64,000 nt of DNA from an uncultured cyanobacterium (GTDB taxonomy: Bacteria > Cyanobacteriota > Cyanobacteriia > Cyanobacteriales > Nostocaceae). Location of the stretch: assembly GCA_963706595.1 (NCBI GenBank), contig OY970166.1, positions 1,920,001-1,984,000 of the forward strand. The letters are read 5' to 3'. A program made the position numbers and the translations under genes. The notes under the pieces are model-generated. The model searched no databases, had not been told where the DNA came from, and was given only the letters and a program-made list of their open reading frames with translations. Of the stretch, positions 63,796 to 64,000 are shown piece after piece. Within the stretch, counting starts at the first letter, position 1. Every line of letters starts with the position of its first letter.

Positions 63796-64000
63796 TCACC
63801 CCACCCAAGCCAGACACAAATTCCGAAAATCATCACCCCTGGCTTCAAAATTAGGATACTGGTCAAAACTCGCACAAGCCGGAGACAACAAAACCACAGA
63901 CGCGTGATATTCTTTCGCTAATTCTGCTGACCGAGAAACAGCCTTCGCCATCGTTTCCACAATTTCGTAATTAGTATAACCCACCGCTTGCAGACGTTGA
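63796..64000 (-). CDS. murD: UDP-N-acetylmuramoyl-L-alanine--D-glutamate ligase, C-terminal part
   Basis: [24 protein letters not shown]. Confidence 0.9.
   Translation of the reverse strand, partial: QRLQAVGYTNYEIVETMAKAVSRSAELAKEYHASVVLLSPACASFDQYPNFEARGDDFRNLCLAWVG

Overview
Chromosomal window from a filamentous, probably heterocyst-forming (Nostocales-type) cyanobacterium, judged from frequent HIP1 octamers (GCGATCGC), chlB, a GUN4 kinase, DevBCA and many small dispersed repeats/MITEs. Left to right: partial AtzE-type amidase, two polysaccharide genes, AtzG-like protein, AbgT and ABC transporters, Rpn/DUF4351 protein, GUN4 kinase and chlB. Next is a ~25 kb non-canonical Pfa/Hgl-like lipid cluster: DevBCA, two small regulators, KS-AT-ACP2-KR-DH synthase, CLF-AT, PfaD, a CylC/AurF-like di-metal enzyme, ferredoxin, two condensation-fold acyltransferases, ACP and a TubC-docking/class II aldolase protein. 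Then a general-stress cluster, an NLR-like NB-ARC-TPR-TM-Ig receptor sharing an N-terminal RHIM/amyloid-like motif with its small upstream neighbour, and a WD40 protein. An AT-rich island follows with a repeat-core peptide precursor, GT2, sulfotransferase, MFS, GT4 and an IS630 remnant. The window ends with an MBL hydrolase, a small Cys-rich protein, a SWIM/SNF2 pair and partial murD. The best candidates for undescribed systems are the amyloid-motif NLR pair, the repeat-core precursor island and the Pfa-like cluster. Five single-base frameshifts and one nonsense codon suggest some residual sequencing error. All family calls come from motif recognition by eye, not database searches.
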